Shown one piece after another: positions 8,606 to 16,729 of a DNA stretch of 55,877 nucleotides (the stretch's first letter is position 1; every line of letters starts with the position of its first letter). Source of the stretch: a virus (lineage: Duplodnaviria; Caudoviricetes); the IMG/VR virus record IMGVR_UViG_3300050132_000092, positions 1-55,877 of that record. One strand, given 5' to 3'. Both the position numbers and the translations under genes were made by a program. The notes beneath the pieces are model-generated. The model saw nothing but the letters and a program-made list of their open reading frames with translations. It made no database searches and had not been told where the DNA came from.

Positions 8606-9241
8606 GTGCCGGTCGCCCCGGCTAGGATGGTGGAGAATATGAGGAAATGGGATGACGGTGGATTAAGTAAGAAAAGATTTTGCAAGCGATGTGGTCACTC
8701 GTGGTTGTCTCATACCGGTATGCCTCCTATAATGTGCCCGGCGTGTCAATCTCGCTTATGGAGTCATGCGGAAGTTTTGCAGCGTGTCGCCGTGCTATGT
8801 GCTAAATGTGGTTATTCGTGGCGACCTCATGAGCCTACCCGGCGACCTGTCGCCTGTCCTGGATGCAAGTCGCGGGCGTGGGATGGCTTGCATGATTGTT
8901 GCGGGCGTCTGTTACCGGGTGCCGTGCTGCCGGTCATTGTGCCGGTGGTACTGGCAGGCGTTGCGCCGCCTGCTGAGCCGTGTGGCTTCTGTTTCGGCGA
9001 AGGTTGCCCGGCGTGTGATGATACGAATTTATCATGGTGTAAGTGGTGTTTAGGTAAAGGTTGCGACCGTTGCCCGTCTGCCGTACCGGTCGCCGTGTCG
9101 TCTGTCCCGTGTTTCATGTGTGGTGGTGCTGGTTGTCCGGCGTGTGATCCGTCACCGTATCCTGATACATGTTTCGCCTGCGGTGGTGCTGGTCGTGCTG
9201 ACGGTCTGAAGTGTCCCATTTGCGGCGTGGTGCGGTCATGA
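8606..9241 (+). CDS. Cys-rich multi-zinc-finger protein
   Basis: Two CxxCG.SW...CPxC.S..W ribbons plus several CxxCxGxGCxxC (DnaJ-like) repeats; start uncertain. Confidence 0.65.
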   Translation: MPVAPARMVENMRKWDDGGLSKKRFCKRCGHSWLSHTGMPPIMCPACQSRLWSHAEVLQRVAVLCAKCGYSWRPHEPTRRPVACPGCKSRAWDGLHDCCGRLLPGAVLPVIVPVVLAGVAPPAEPCGFCFGEGCPACDDTNLSWCKWCLGKGCDRCPSAVPVAVSSVPCFMCGGAGCPACDPSPYPDTCFACGGAGRADGLKCPICGVVRS

Positions 9242-9522
9242 GTGCTTATATTACAGTTTACGACGTTCCTTTAAATTTCCGGCAAGCAATGAAATTAGAA
9301 TTGATCCGTGACATGCTGGAACATGGTGGAAGTATAACAGGTCGAAAGGGCTATTATAATTATTTTATCAATCGTGGGTGGATGATAGAAATCAAGGGGC
9401 TTAAATATAATACTGTTGAATTTGAATTTACGGATAAAGGCATGTGGTATTATCGGGAGTTCCGCAAGCTGTACGCTGAAATGCAGGCGGATGTGGTTTT
9501 ATATTACAAGGTACATGGATAA
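9238..9522 (+). CDS. hypothetical protein
   Basis: ATGA overlap with the upstream stop; followed by a GC hairpin at ~9533-9558. Confidence 0.6.
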   Translation: MSAYITVYDVPLNFRQAMKLELIRDMLEHGGSITGRKGYYNYFINRGWMIEIKGLKYNTVEFEFTDKGMWYYREFRKLYAEMQADVVLYYKVHG

Positions 9523-9614
9523 CAGGCAAGGTGCCGGGCGGCTATAAGGTCGCCCGGCGTGGAGTGGTGGGCTAGGTAGTGCGGGGCGTGTGGCTGGCTG
9601 TCAGTATGCCTGAG

Positions 9615-9794
9615 TTATGATCCTTGATGTTGCTTCTGATACAACTCCAACCACGCAAAAGCCAAACCCGGCACCCTGCGTTCTCCGCCCTCCCAGTCCT
9701 GCCACGTTCGGTAAGGGGTGCCGGAAAGTTCTGCCGCTTTTGCCATTGATAGCCCTGCTAATTTGCGCTTTTCTCGGAGTGCTGCGCCGGTCAT
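9615..9794 (-). CDS. XRE-family HTH regulator (59 aa, not in the ORF track)
   Basis: MTGAALREKRKLAGLSMAKAAELSGTPYRTWQDWEGGERRVP; its TAA stop lies in the GTTA core. Confidence 0.85.
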   Translation of the reverse strand: MTGAALREKRKLAGLSMAKAAELSGTPYRTWQDWEGGERRVPGLAFAWLELYQKQHQGS

Positions 9795-9994
9795 TTGGCA
9801 CCAGCATTGTGCCTGGGGACAATAAAAAACCGTCTGCTATTTGGGTGTTTTTGCTTTTGCAACACACGATTGCAAACAGGACACACAACCGTTGCGGCTG
9901 TCATTTCAGGAGTGAACCCAAAGGGATTATCCCCATCGTAGTAGCAAGTATTACTGTGACTGCATTTTTCTGATTTCATCGGTGTTTTAGCCAT
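9791..9994 (-). CDS. small Cys-containing hypothetical protein
   Basis: MAKTPMK...CPVC; overlaps both neighbours; GGGGTGG SD-like sequence. Confidence 0.55.
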   Translation of the reverse strand: MAKTPMKSEKCSHSNTCYYDGDNPFGFTPEMTAATVVCPVCNRVLQKQKHPNSRRFFIVPRHNAGAK

Positions 9995-10197
9995 TTGTTC
10001 CACCCCTTTACAAATCCTGTAATTTGAGCCTGAGATGCTGACAAATACCAAGAGCGCAGTCCGTGGCCGTTACGGCAAAGGTCATCAAGTACCCTGTGTG
10101 CTGTCTCAGCGTTGCAGGCTCCAGGGTCAAGACCTATGTGCCTCATTTCGCCACGTGTTGCCGATATTGCTTGCTCAATCTTTGTCATTTCTCTCAC
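9976..10197 (-). CDS. hypothetical protein
   Basis: GAGGTG RBS downstream of the cassette promoter. Confidence 0.6.
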   Translation of the reverse strand: MREMTKIEQAISATRGEMRHIGLDPGACNAETAHRVLDDLCRNGHGLRSWYLSASQAQITGFVKGWNKWLKHR

Positions 10198-10209
10198 CTC
10201 TTAATTACT

Positions 10210-10260
10210 ACTATACACGCATTGCGTACCTTGTCAACATAAATAATGTGCATTGCGTAT
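10210..10260 (-). promoter_or_regulatory. cassette promoter with two operator-like palindromes
   Basis: TTGACA-16 bp-TATAGT; ACGCATTGCGT within the spacer and GTGCATTGCGTA upstream. Confidence 0.6.
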
Positions 10261-10282
10261 ATTTTTCTAACGGTGGCAAACT

Positions 10283-10345
10283 GATCATAACAAAACGTAG
10301 CAGCAGGCGATGAAGCCCGCTGCTGTCAGTATGCCTGAGTTTTGC
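10283..10345 (+). other. attC-like site (same family as 17420-17483)
   Basis: TAAC-AAAAC-GTAGCAGCAGGCGATGAAGCCCGCTGCTGT...GTT; 47 nt between AAC and GTT in both copies. Confidence 0.65.
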
Positions 10346-10524
10346 AGGCGGTCAATAACTCCAAACAATCCGTTTCCTTTTATGTAGTCAATTCCTTTGT
10401 CTCTTAACATTTCGATATCGCATTGTGTAGCTGTCGGAAGTTCTTTAAATATTACTGGCGCGTGCGAACTTCCTCCCTGCTGCATCCTCTGTATATCTTC
10501 CCAAGTTCTTCCGCATATTAACAT
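10285..10524 (-). CDS. hypothetical protein whose C-terminus is rewritten by the cassette insertion
   Basis: GGAGG leader; the last residues (AAGFIACCYVLL) are read from the attC-like site. Confidence 0.6.
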   Translation of the reverse strand: MLICGRTWEDIQRMQQGGSSHAPVIFKELPTATQCDIEMLRDKGIDYIKGNGLFGVIDRLQNSGILTAAGFIACCYVLL

Positions 10525-10627
10525 CAGTTGCGGGCCTCCTGTCGCCCGGTGTGGGGTGTGGTGCTAGCCTGTAACTGGCGGTGCTAGCCTGTACGCCATA
10601 AAATCAATAAGAGTATAATAATAGCTG

Positions 10628-10801
10628 TTAGTTCTGGCATGGTGTCGCCTCCTGGCCGGTGTGCGGTATGGCTGTAATGCAATCCGCCCGGTTATAGCTC
10701 TGCATGATCCAAGTGCCGGTAAAGCGGAGTACATAGCGCGGTTCACTGTAGCCGGTGTACTCACGGGTTATAGTATAGCGTCGGTCTGCTGGTTGTCTCA
10801 T
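10628..10801 (-). CDS. small phage hypothetical protein (57 aa, not in the ORF track)
   Basis: GGAGGCCCGCAAATG leader; MRQPADRRYTITREYTGYSEPRYVLRF. Confidence 0.65.
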   Translation of the reverse strand: MRQPADRRYTITREYTGYSEPRYVLRFTGTWIMQSYNRADCITAIPHTGQEATPCQN

Positions 10802-10821
10802 TTGCGGGCCTCCCCTGGCTG

Positions 10822-11202
10822 TTAGAAGTCTTGAATAATAAACGATTCGCCGTCGATGTCTATGACTTGCGTGTCGGCGCGTATCTTGTCAAGCGTCGCC
10901 TCGTAATCTATTTCGCCTGGTGTGGCGGGTGTACCCTCCTCTTCGTCGGCTTCTTCCGGTTCTACGTCCCAAACGATAAAATCATCATTGTAAGCGGTTA
11001 TAAACTCTTGGACGCTGGCATATTCGCTGTACTCACAGCACAGCGCGATAACATCAAGCTCTATTTCTTCGCCGGTGTCCTCTTCATACTCTTCCAGATA
11101 GGCAAATAGAGCTTTGCGGCCTGCATAGGTAAAGTTGTCTGCTCGGTTGGCGTCTATAAAGGCGCGTTCAAAATCATATTCGCTGACGGTGGTTTTCATC
11201 AT
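10822..11202 (-). CDS. highly acidic phage protein
   Basis: Conserved leader; EEIELDVIALCCEYSEY; very D/E-rich. Confidence 0.75.
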   Translation of the reverse strand: MMKTTVSEYDFERAFIDANRADNFTYAGRKALFAYLEEYEEDTGEEIELDVIALCCEYSEYASVQEFITAYNDDFIVWDVEPEEADEEEGTPATPGEIDYEATLDKIRADTQVIDIDGESFIIQDF

Positions 11203-11230
11203 TTGCGGGCCTCCTGTCGCCCGTGGGTGG

Positions 11231-12154
11231 TTAGAGTGCTAGGGTGTCGTGCCATTGCGCTATAAAGCGGTTTATTTCTGCGGCGGTAAACGTGTGACAT
11301 CCAGCTTTAACAGTGCCGTCCTCGGCTATGCTATCCAGTATGAAGGCTCCCAGGTGGATCACATGGCCGTTGGTGTGGTAAGGTTCGCCGCGCCGTGACT
11401 GCCAGAATCGCAGTGCTTTAACGGCGTGATCAAGCGGGCACTCTGCACCTTGGCTGGTTAATATGAGGCCGTCGTGGATAGTTATATAGTCGGTTGCGGG
11501 CTGACCTGCTGACAGTTGATCCCATTCGCGTCGCTGGTAACTAGCAGGACACCTGCCTGCGCCGGTCGTCAACCAGATTTTAAACTGTTTGGCGTCGGCT
11601 TTCTGCTGTTTGAGTGCGGCGGCCTGGCGGGTGGCTTCCAGGCGTGCCCGCTCCGCTGCTTTACGGTCGGCGTACTCCGTGACGGTGGCAAGGTCGAGCG
11701 CGTATTCTGGCATGTCTGGCAGTTTGACGTTAAAGCGGGCGGCGTGGGTTTGGATGCGTTCACGCTCCTGGAGATAGGCGGCTATGGCGTCAAGTTTGGT
11801 CTGCTTGCGGGTCCTGGTGGCTGACATAGCGGCGTCAAGGGTCTGTATGGCTTCTCGTGCTGCCGGTATGGTTAGCGCCTCGTGTGTTGCTGCCGGGTTG
11901 CTGCCGGACCAGGAGAAAGCGGGTGTGCGGAATATCCGCTCGCGCTCATGGTTTACCGCCTGCCGTGCGTAGCTGAGGTGCCTGCCGGTACTCGGTGACA
12001 TATTATCTGAACTGATATAAATAACGTCGTCCAGGCGTGCGGCAATAGTGGTACTGTAACTGGTTAGTGTTACGCCGTCGGTTTTGAGATTGCTGCCTTT
12101 GGCGGGTGTTCCGTGTGCCCAAGAATGGGCTACTTGCTGATTGCTGACTGACAT
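11231..12154 (-). CDS. phage hypothetical protein
   Basis: Likely start MSVSNQQVAHSWA after CAGGAGG. Confidence 0.7.
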   Translation of the reverse strand: MSVSNQQVAHSWAHGTPAKGSNLKTDGVTLTSYSTTIAARLDDVIYISSDNMSPSTGRHLSYARQAVNHERERIFRTPAFSWSGSNPAATHEALTIPAAREAIQTLDAAMSATRTRKQTKLDAIAAYLQERERIQTHAARFNVKLPDMPEYALDLATVTEYADRKAAERARLEATRQAAALKQQKADAKQFKIWLTTGAGRCPASYQRREWDQLSAGQPATDYITIHDGLILTSQGAECPLDHAVKALRFWQSRRGEPYHTNGHVIHLGAFILDSIAEDGTVKAGCHTFTAAEINRFIAQWHDTLAL

Positions 12155-12254
12155 GGCGGTGTGCCTCCTGTCTGTTAGAGTGAAAGAATTATTACAGCGA
12201 CGATATAAAATGTTGCGACGGCTACAAGGGCAAATATAAGGGTGAAAAACCATT

Positions 12255-12968
12255 CTATGGTTGACACGGTTGCACCTCCAAACGGTCAAGATAATATTGC
12301 AACTCGTCTGCTAGCTGCTCGGTTGCGTACTCATAGCCGATAAAACACCAAACCTCGTCGCGTCCGTCGTCGTCAAGCGTCCAAGCGTCGCCGTCAAAGG
12401 TGTACGTCCAGCGGATTAGGCCGTAACATTCACCGTTGCACCATTTCTCATAATCGGATAATACAGCGGCGGCATAATTGCGGCGGCGTTCTGGTGGTAC
12501 GTCATCAGGTACGATATAATAGCCGTCTGCGGAGTCAATAGCATAGTCTGATACTGCGTCTGACGGCTTGCCGGGTTTCCGGCTGCTCTTCGTGTCACTT
12601 ACGGTAAATGGACCGGCTGACACACTGCATGATGCCGTACCGGGGCCGTGGTTTGATCCACAATATGATATTGTAAAAACTCGACCAAGCGCAGCACGGA
12701 TGATCCGTTTAAACTCTTCCGGGTCGGGTCGCTGTCCGTAGTGTACGTATGAGTGGTCAAACTGTATAAACTCGCCCTCGTTGTCGTCTAGCGGGTCGGT
12801 GCAGTCGTCATCCTGGCAAAGTGCCGTGATAAGTGCCCGCTTGCCGTCTTTGCTGAGGTAAAGCGCGGCGGTATTATCTAGCGTGCCGGATTCGTCGTTG
12901 AATGGCATTAGAAAGGTATGGCCGTCAATCTCTATGTCATATGTCCGGTGTATTCGTGTGGTGCTCAT
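12255..12968 (-). CDS. phage hypothetical protein
   Basis: 237-aa ORF with GAGGGGG RBS. Confidence 0.7.
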   Translation of the reverse strand: MSTTRIHRTYDIEIDGHTFLMPFNDESGTLDNTAALYLSKDGKRALITALCQDDDCTDPLDDNEGEFIQFDHSYVHYGQRPDPEEFKRIIRAALGRVFTISYCGSNHGPGTASCSVSAGPFTVSDTKSSRKPGKPSDAVSDYAIDSADGYYIVPDDVPPERRRNYAAAVLSDYEKWCNGECYGLIRWTYTFDGDAWTLDDDGRDEVWCFIGYEYATEQLADELQYYLDRLEVQPCQP

Positions 12969-13044
12969 AGCGTCCCCCTCGTGGCATGTGCCTGTCTGGT
13001 GGTGGCAATCGTTCTGCCGGTTGGTGTGGGTGTGTCGTTTACTC

Positions 13045-13227
13045 TCATTGTCTGACCTCCTGTGGTCTGGCTGCGTCTATCATTAATAGAAAAGTTTTAT
13101 GTCTGTCGCACTCGTCTAATGATCCTTTAAAGATTGGTTTAATATCGTTACCAATAAATACACCGTAGCCACTAAAAGGTGCCTGTAATGTTCCATATGT
13201 TTTGTAGGTGTCAATCTGATATTTCAT
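13045..13227 (-). CDS. hypothetical protein
   Basis: CAGGAGG RBS. Confidence 0.55.
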   Translation of the reverse strand: MKYQIDTYKTYGTLQAPFSGYGVFIGNDIKPIFKGSLDECDRHKTFLLMIDAARPQEVRQ

Positions 13228-13314
13228 GGTCTGGCCTCCTGGTATATCGGATTAATTGCTTGCTACAGTTTGGAGTCTACAGGGTTTTGATTTATTGTCA
13301 ACATAATAATCACA

Positions 13315-13569
13315 CTAGCGGTATTTTTCTTTATAGTCAACGAAGCAGACAATTATGCCGCCTTCCTCTTCGGGTAGTACCTTTATGATCCGCCCCTCGT
13401 ACTTAAAAGCGTACCCGCCAAAATTACCGAATGAGTATTGATATAACGGCGTCCTCATTTTGCAGTAACCCTCCGCGCCGTGATAAAGCAAAACTTTCTC
13501 CTGTTTGCCGTTTACCAGGTGTACGCATTTACTGCCTGAATTATTTAGATAATAAGTTCCGTTTCTCAT
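13315..13569 (-). CDS. hypothetical protein
   Basis: AAGGAGG RBS; first gene after a TTGACA-containing AT-rich segment. Confidence 0.6.
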   Translation of the reverse strand: MRNGTYYLNNSGSKCVHLVNGKQEKVLLYHGAEGYCKMRTPLYQYSFGNFGGYAFKYEGRIIKVLPEEEGGIIVCFVDYKEKYR

Positions 13570-13672
13570 TGTCTGGCCTCCTTTTATTTAGCCGATATGT
13601 CACAGTAAACTATATTTTGATTACTTGTCAATGATTATTTTGCACCTGACTATATTTTATTCTGACGCCGGT

Positions 13673-13837
13673 GGATCGTCCGGGTGGTGACGGGCGGATC
13701 GTCCAGGTGGTGACGGGTGGATCGTCCAGGTGGTGACGGGTGGATCGTCCGGGTGGTGACGGGGGCCGGATCGTCCAGGCGCTGACGGGGGCCGGATCGT
13801 CCAGGTGGTGACGGGCGGATCGTCCAGGTGGTGACGG
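13673..13837 (+). repeat. seven 23-26 bp iteron-like repeats GGATCGTCCRGGTGGTGACGG
   Basis: Directly visible; each unit contains GATC. Confidence 0.92.
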
Positions 13838-13956
13838 CTATAAAACCATATATACGGATTATTGAATGTCTAGCTGGTAGCTGGTAGCAGGCGGTCGAGC
13901 AGGTGTAGCCGCCCTGGCGTACACACAGGGCGGCTGGCAGATTTGCAGAATATCGG

Positions 13957-14085
13957 TTGGTCAGCTTTTTATAAAATGCGGTGGGACAATCGTGTGTGGC
14001 GGCTTGGTCAGGTTTTTATAAAATCAGTGTGGACATTTGCGTGCGGCGGCTTGGTCAGGTTTTTATAAAATACGGTGGGACAATC
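13957..14085 (+). repeat. three ~47-bp degenerate repeats with the TTTTATAAAA palindrome (fourth copy at ~14323-14357)
   Basis: TTGGTCAG.TTTTTATAAAAT...GTGGGACAATC recurs. Confidence 0.85.
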
Positions 14086-14333
14086 AGAACGGCAACTCGA
14101 CCGGTTTTCTAAAGCTCTGCACGTACTGGTCGTACATCTCCCGCGTTAATCTGCCGCCATTTACCCAGAACAGTGTGACGACGGTTGGTATGGTGAGCAA
14201 GCGGCCATGTGGAAGGATCGTCGGACTGACCCCATACCATCTCTCTGACTTCCTGCCACGAGTAGCCGGTACGGAATTGATTGTATGATATGGGAGCGGT
14301 GGTGGTCACGGGGGGGTGTCCTTTGGTCAACAT
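14084..14333 (-). pseudogene. probably frameshifted phage hypothetical gene
   Basis: Removing one base at ~14145 turns KWRQI-NAGD into KWRQIKREMYDQYV...ELPF-stop. Confidence 0.4.
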
Positions 14334-14363
14334 TTAGTAAAATGTGGTGGGACAATCATTAGG

Positions 14364-14528
14364 TTATGTCACTCTGCAACAGGTTCGTAAGTTGCCGCTC
14401 TGCGATTTCCTGATTGCACCCTTGTTGCCGATCTTGATCTTGCCCAGCTCGACAAGGCCGGGGCAGAGATTCTTGATCATCATGGCGTTGCGCTGTCTTG
14501 GTTGATACTGTTGGATCTCGTTGCTCAT
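14364..14528 (-). pseudogene. short or truncated phage gene fragment
   Basis: AAGGAG RBS; MIKNLCPGLVELGKIKIG looks like the N-terminus of a longer phage protein and ends abruptly. Confidence 0.35.
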
Positions 14529-14620
14529 GCTGTGCTCTCCTTTTTGGTTTATGCTGCTTGTAATTTTATTATTCAATCTCTTAAAAGATTACCCCTGAAA
14601 AATAGATAGTCAAGACGGCT

Positions 14621-14641
14621 ATCTAATTGATGTTATAAAGC
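14621..14641 (+). other. attI-like simple site at the head of the cassette array
   Basis: ATCTAAT-TGAT-GTTATAA; no hairpin upstream; GTTATAAAGC matches GCTTTATAAC at 15161. Confidence 0.45.
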
Positions 14642-15147
14642 TAAATTTTTACTGTGCCAATTTGCGAAAATGCTTTTTTGAATCCTGCCACGTCTGGCCC
14701 GAGATAAGTCACGACACTGCCCTTGCTAACGTCCTTTGTCTTTGTCCCGTCCGGCTTGTAGTAGTTGGTTCTGCCGTGGATGTAGCATTGCGGGAAAGCA
14801 AGCAATGGCCTGAACCATTCCTCAGAAGTGGCGGCATAGGTAATGCAGCAAGCGGCTTCTACGTTCCGGCTCATGGCGTACTCTCTGACCAGCTTTTTGA
14901 TAAACGCTGCATTGTTTGCCCTGCTGAATGGGTGATTCATCCATACCCGTCCGTACCACGGCTTAGACAGACCATCGTCAGCAGCGGTGAAAAACTCCGC
15001 AGCTTTTACAGTCTGGTTTGCAATCACACTCGATGCAGGGTCAAGGTCGATAAATCCCAATACTTGCCGCGCAGCCTCTATGATTTCAGGTGGTGTGTAA
15101 TATTCCACATTCCCGCTGTCTTGATTGATTTGCTGACATTTGTTCAT
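14641..15147 (-). CDS. phage DNA N6-adenine methyltransferase (cassette 1)
   Basis: EYYTP, IDLDPAS and VWMNHPF (NPPF-like) motifs. Confidence 0.85.
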   Translation of the reverse strand: MNKCQQINQDSGNVEYYTPPEIIEAARQVLGFIDLDPASSVIANQTVKAAEFFTAADDGLSKPWYGRVWMNHPFSRANNAAFIKKLVREYAMSRNVEAACCITYAATSEEWFRPLLAFPQCYIHGRTNYYKPDGTKTKDVSKGSVVTYLGPDVAGFKKAFSQIGTVKI

Positions 15148-15160
15148 AAATTCTCCTTAC

Positions 15161-15233
15161 GCTTTATAACCATCGGCTCGACCAGACCGCCGAAAACCAC
15201 GGCGAACTGGTCAGCCTCAAGCCGTTAGATTAC
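15161..15233 (+). other. canonical-looking attC site
   Basis: R'' TTATAAC, 5-nt spacer, L'' GCT(C)GACC, CGCCG/CGGCG stem, L' GGTCAGC, 8-nt spacer, R' GTTAGAT; extra base at L'' position 4. Confidence 0.82.
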
Positions 15234-15619
15234 TCAACCCACTCGCCTGCCTCTTTATCGTTCATCATGCCATCCAACTGTTCCCTGCTAATTTGATCTG
15301 TAGCCGGTATTTTCTGAATCAAAAGCCGAATCAACTCATATAGATTGTGCTGGTACGGTTCTATGCCTAAAGCGTCACAGCTGATATTTTCCAGACCGGC
15401 TATATTCACCCTGACAGCATCGTAAAGATTGAAATATTCGTTGTATTTTTTGGTCATTTCAACCAACTCTTCCTTCGGTCCAGGCGTCCCTTCATGTCTG
15501 GCGCATGACACATAATGCTCCAGTAAATCAAATGCTGTGGTTGTCGGATAAATCCCGTCTACTGGGTTATCAAGCATTTGACTGATAATTTCACATATTG
15601 CTGTTCTGTCTTTTTCCAT
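15230..15619 (-). CDS. hypothetical protein (cassette 2)
   Basis: AAGGAG RBS; stop adjacent to the R' core. Confidence 0.7.
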   Translation of the reverse strand: MEKDRTAICEIISQMLDNPVDGIYPTTTAFDLLEHYVSCARHEGTPGPKEELVEMTKKYNEYFNLYDAVRVNIAGLENISCDALGIEPYQHNLYELIRLLIQKIPATDQISREQLDGMMNDKEAGEWVE

Positions 15620-15665
15620 GGTGTTTCTCCTTTTTCTTAGTTTGTTTGCATATATGACAGTTTCC

Positions 15666-15689
15666 GTAATCTAACCAGATGTTAGATTG
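15666..15689 (+). other. collapsed attC / simple site ATCTAAC-CAGAT-GTTAGAT
   Basis: Perfect 7-bp inverted repeat with a 5-bp spacer; each half matches its own cassette's other end. Confidence 0.65.
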
Positions 15690-15936
15690 ATCTGCGACGT
15701 TCAAGCTTTTGCGAACGGGTAAACAGGCTTTTATTCTTGCGCCGCTCTTTGCGAGTCTCCCCCGCGAATTGCGAGAGCTTCCCGCCAGAAGTAAGCGACA
15801 CCATAGCCTCGTCCGCTCCGTTGAGCTTTTTTCCAGCAGCCGGGATATACTCGTCTGTGAGCCGCTGGTACTTTGACCGCTCCAGTACATCAACCATTTC
15901 CAAGTTTCTTACCAAATGTCCGGTATCACAGTTCAT
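15682..15936 (-). CDS. hypothetical protein (cassette 3)
   Basis: GGAGG RBS; TAA lies in the GTTA core. Confidence 0.65.
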   Translation of the reverse strand: MNCDTGHLVRNLEMVDVLERSKYQRLTDEYIPAAGKKLNGADEAMVSLTSGGKLSQFAGETRKERRKNKSLFTRSQKLERRRSI

Positions 15937-16102
15937 CTCTTGCCTCCATAATCATCACTCTGAATTTTTTACCGATGTAGTTAGCGCCGACTGAAACATA
16001 AAACATTCCGTATCTGTTGCCATACTCGCCAGCGGGGCGGCACTCAACAGTTTTCACATACTTGAACTGCTCGTAGAACTCTTGGCACCGTTTACATTTC
16101 AT
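15926..16102 (-). CDS. small hypothetical protein (58 aa, cassette 3, not in the ORF track)
   Basis: AAAGGA RBS; MKCKRCQEF...; overlaps the next gene. Confidence 0.55.
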   Translation of the reverse strand: MKCKRCQEFYEQFKYVKTVECRPAGEYGNRYGMFYVSVGANYIGKKFRVMIMEARDEL

Positions 16103-16118
16103 GGCTCGTATCCTTTCG

Positions 16119-16184
16119 CAATCTAACCAGCTTTTTCGACACAGGCGGCAACAGGCCGCCGCTGTTCAGCTAAATACGTTATGC
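16119..16184 (+). other. attC-like site (hybrid arms)
   Basis: ATCTAAC...GGCGGC/GCCGCC stem...GTTATGC. Confidence 0.65.
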
Positions 16185-16448
16185 TTACTTGCTCCACTCT
16201 TTCCTCGTACAAGGGCAAAGTCTTGCCACCGGACAATCATCGCAATAGCCAGGGTTAGTGTCTTTGTCGAGAATGCATCCCCAAGGGCGAGGCGTCTTGT
16301 CATCGCTCCAGTCGTGTGCCACCGGAATATGATTTGCCGCCAGAGTACAGATCTTTTGCAGTTCCTCTTTTTCGGAAGTGATAAATTGATGCTTCTTCGC
16401 TTTGATGTCGTTGTATTCCGCCTCGGTCAACAGATATTGCATAACCAT
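16185..16448 (-). CDS. Cys-rich hypothetical protein (cassette 4)
   Basis: PWGCIL...YCDDCPV..LCP; RBS lies inside the attC. Confidence 0.7.
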   Translation of the reverse strand: MVMQYLLTEAEYNDIKAKKHQFITSEKEELQKICTLAANHIPVAHDWSDDKTPRPWGCILDKDTNPGYCDDCPVARLCPCTRKEWSK

Positions 16449-16495
16449 CTCCTTCGAGCCGTCAAGCGGCTCAACTCGTACCCCGTTATATTTCT
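16439..16495 (+). other. short attC site
   Basis: R'' GCATAAC, L'' CTT(C)GAGC, L' GCTCAAC, R' GTTATAT. Confidence 0.72.
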
Positions 16496-16707
16496 ACCCG
16501 CGTCACCTTGAATGAACAGCTACAGATAGACATGCCCTTTTCATGTGCAAGCTCTTTGACTTTGAGTTTGCGGCCACTTTCAACAATTATTTCCCGCTCT
16601 GCGTAATGAGTTCTTGCCTGATAATTCATTTTCATCCACTCCGATACAGCCTCAAGGGCGCAGTAATTCGGAGTATGCTTGTCAGTTTTTATTTTAATAG
16701 TTGGCAC
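16486..16707 (-). CDS. hypothetical protein (cassette 5)
   Basis: AAGGGGG RBS, GTG start, TAA in the GTTA core. Confidence 0.6.
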   Translation of the reverse strand: MPTIKIKTDKHTPNYCALEAVSEWMKMNYQARTHYAEREIIVESGRKLKVKELAHEKGMSICSCSFKVTRVEI

Positions 16708-16729
16708 GATTCCCCCTTAATAATCCGAC

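Larger units (their letters stand above)
9614..10345 (+). mobile_element. solo integron-like gene cassette with three genes and its own promoter
   Basis: GTTATGATC (9614) is the exact reverse complement of GATCATAAC (10283); attC-like hairpin follows; flanked by a 20-bp direct repeat. Confidence 0.7.

Noticed and set aside
10564-10764. ORF-track 66-aa ORF
   Set aside because: The alternative frame 10628-10801 has the conserved leader and ATG and is the better gene call.
13673-14085. CRISPR array that could partner TnpB or the Cas4-like gene
   Set aside because: The repeats are contiguous or degenerate with no unique spacers of regular length; DUF2800 is a common phage replication nuclease.
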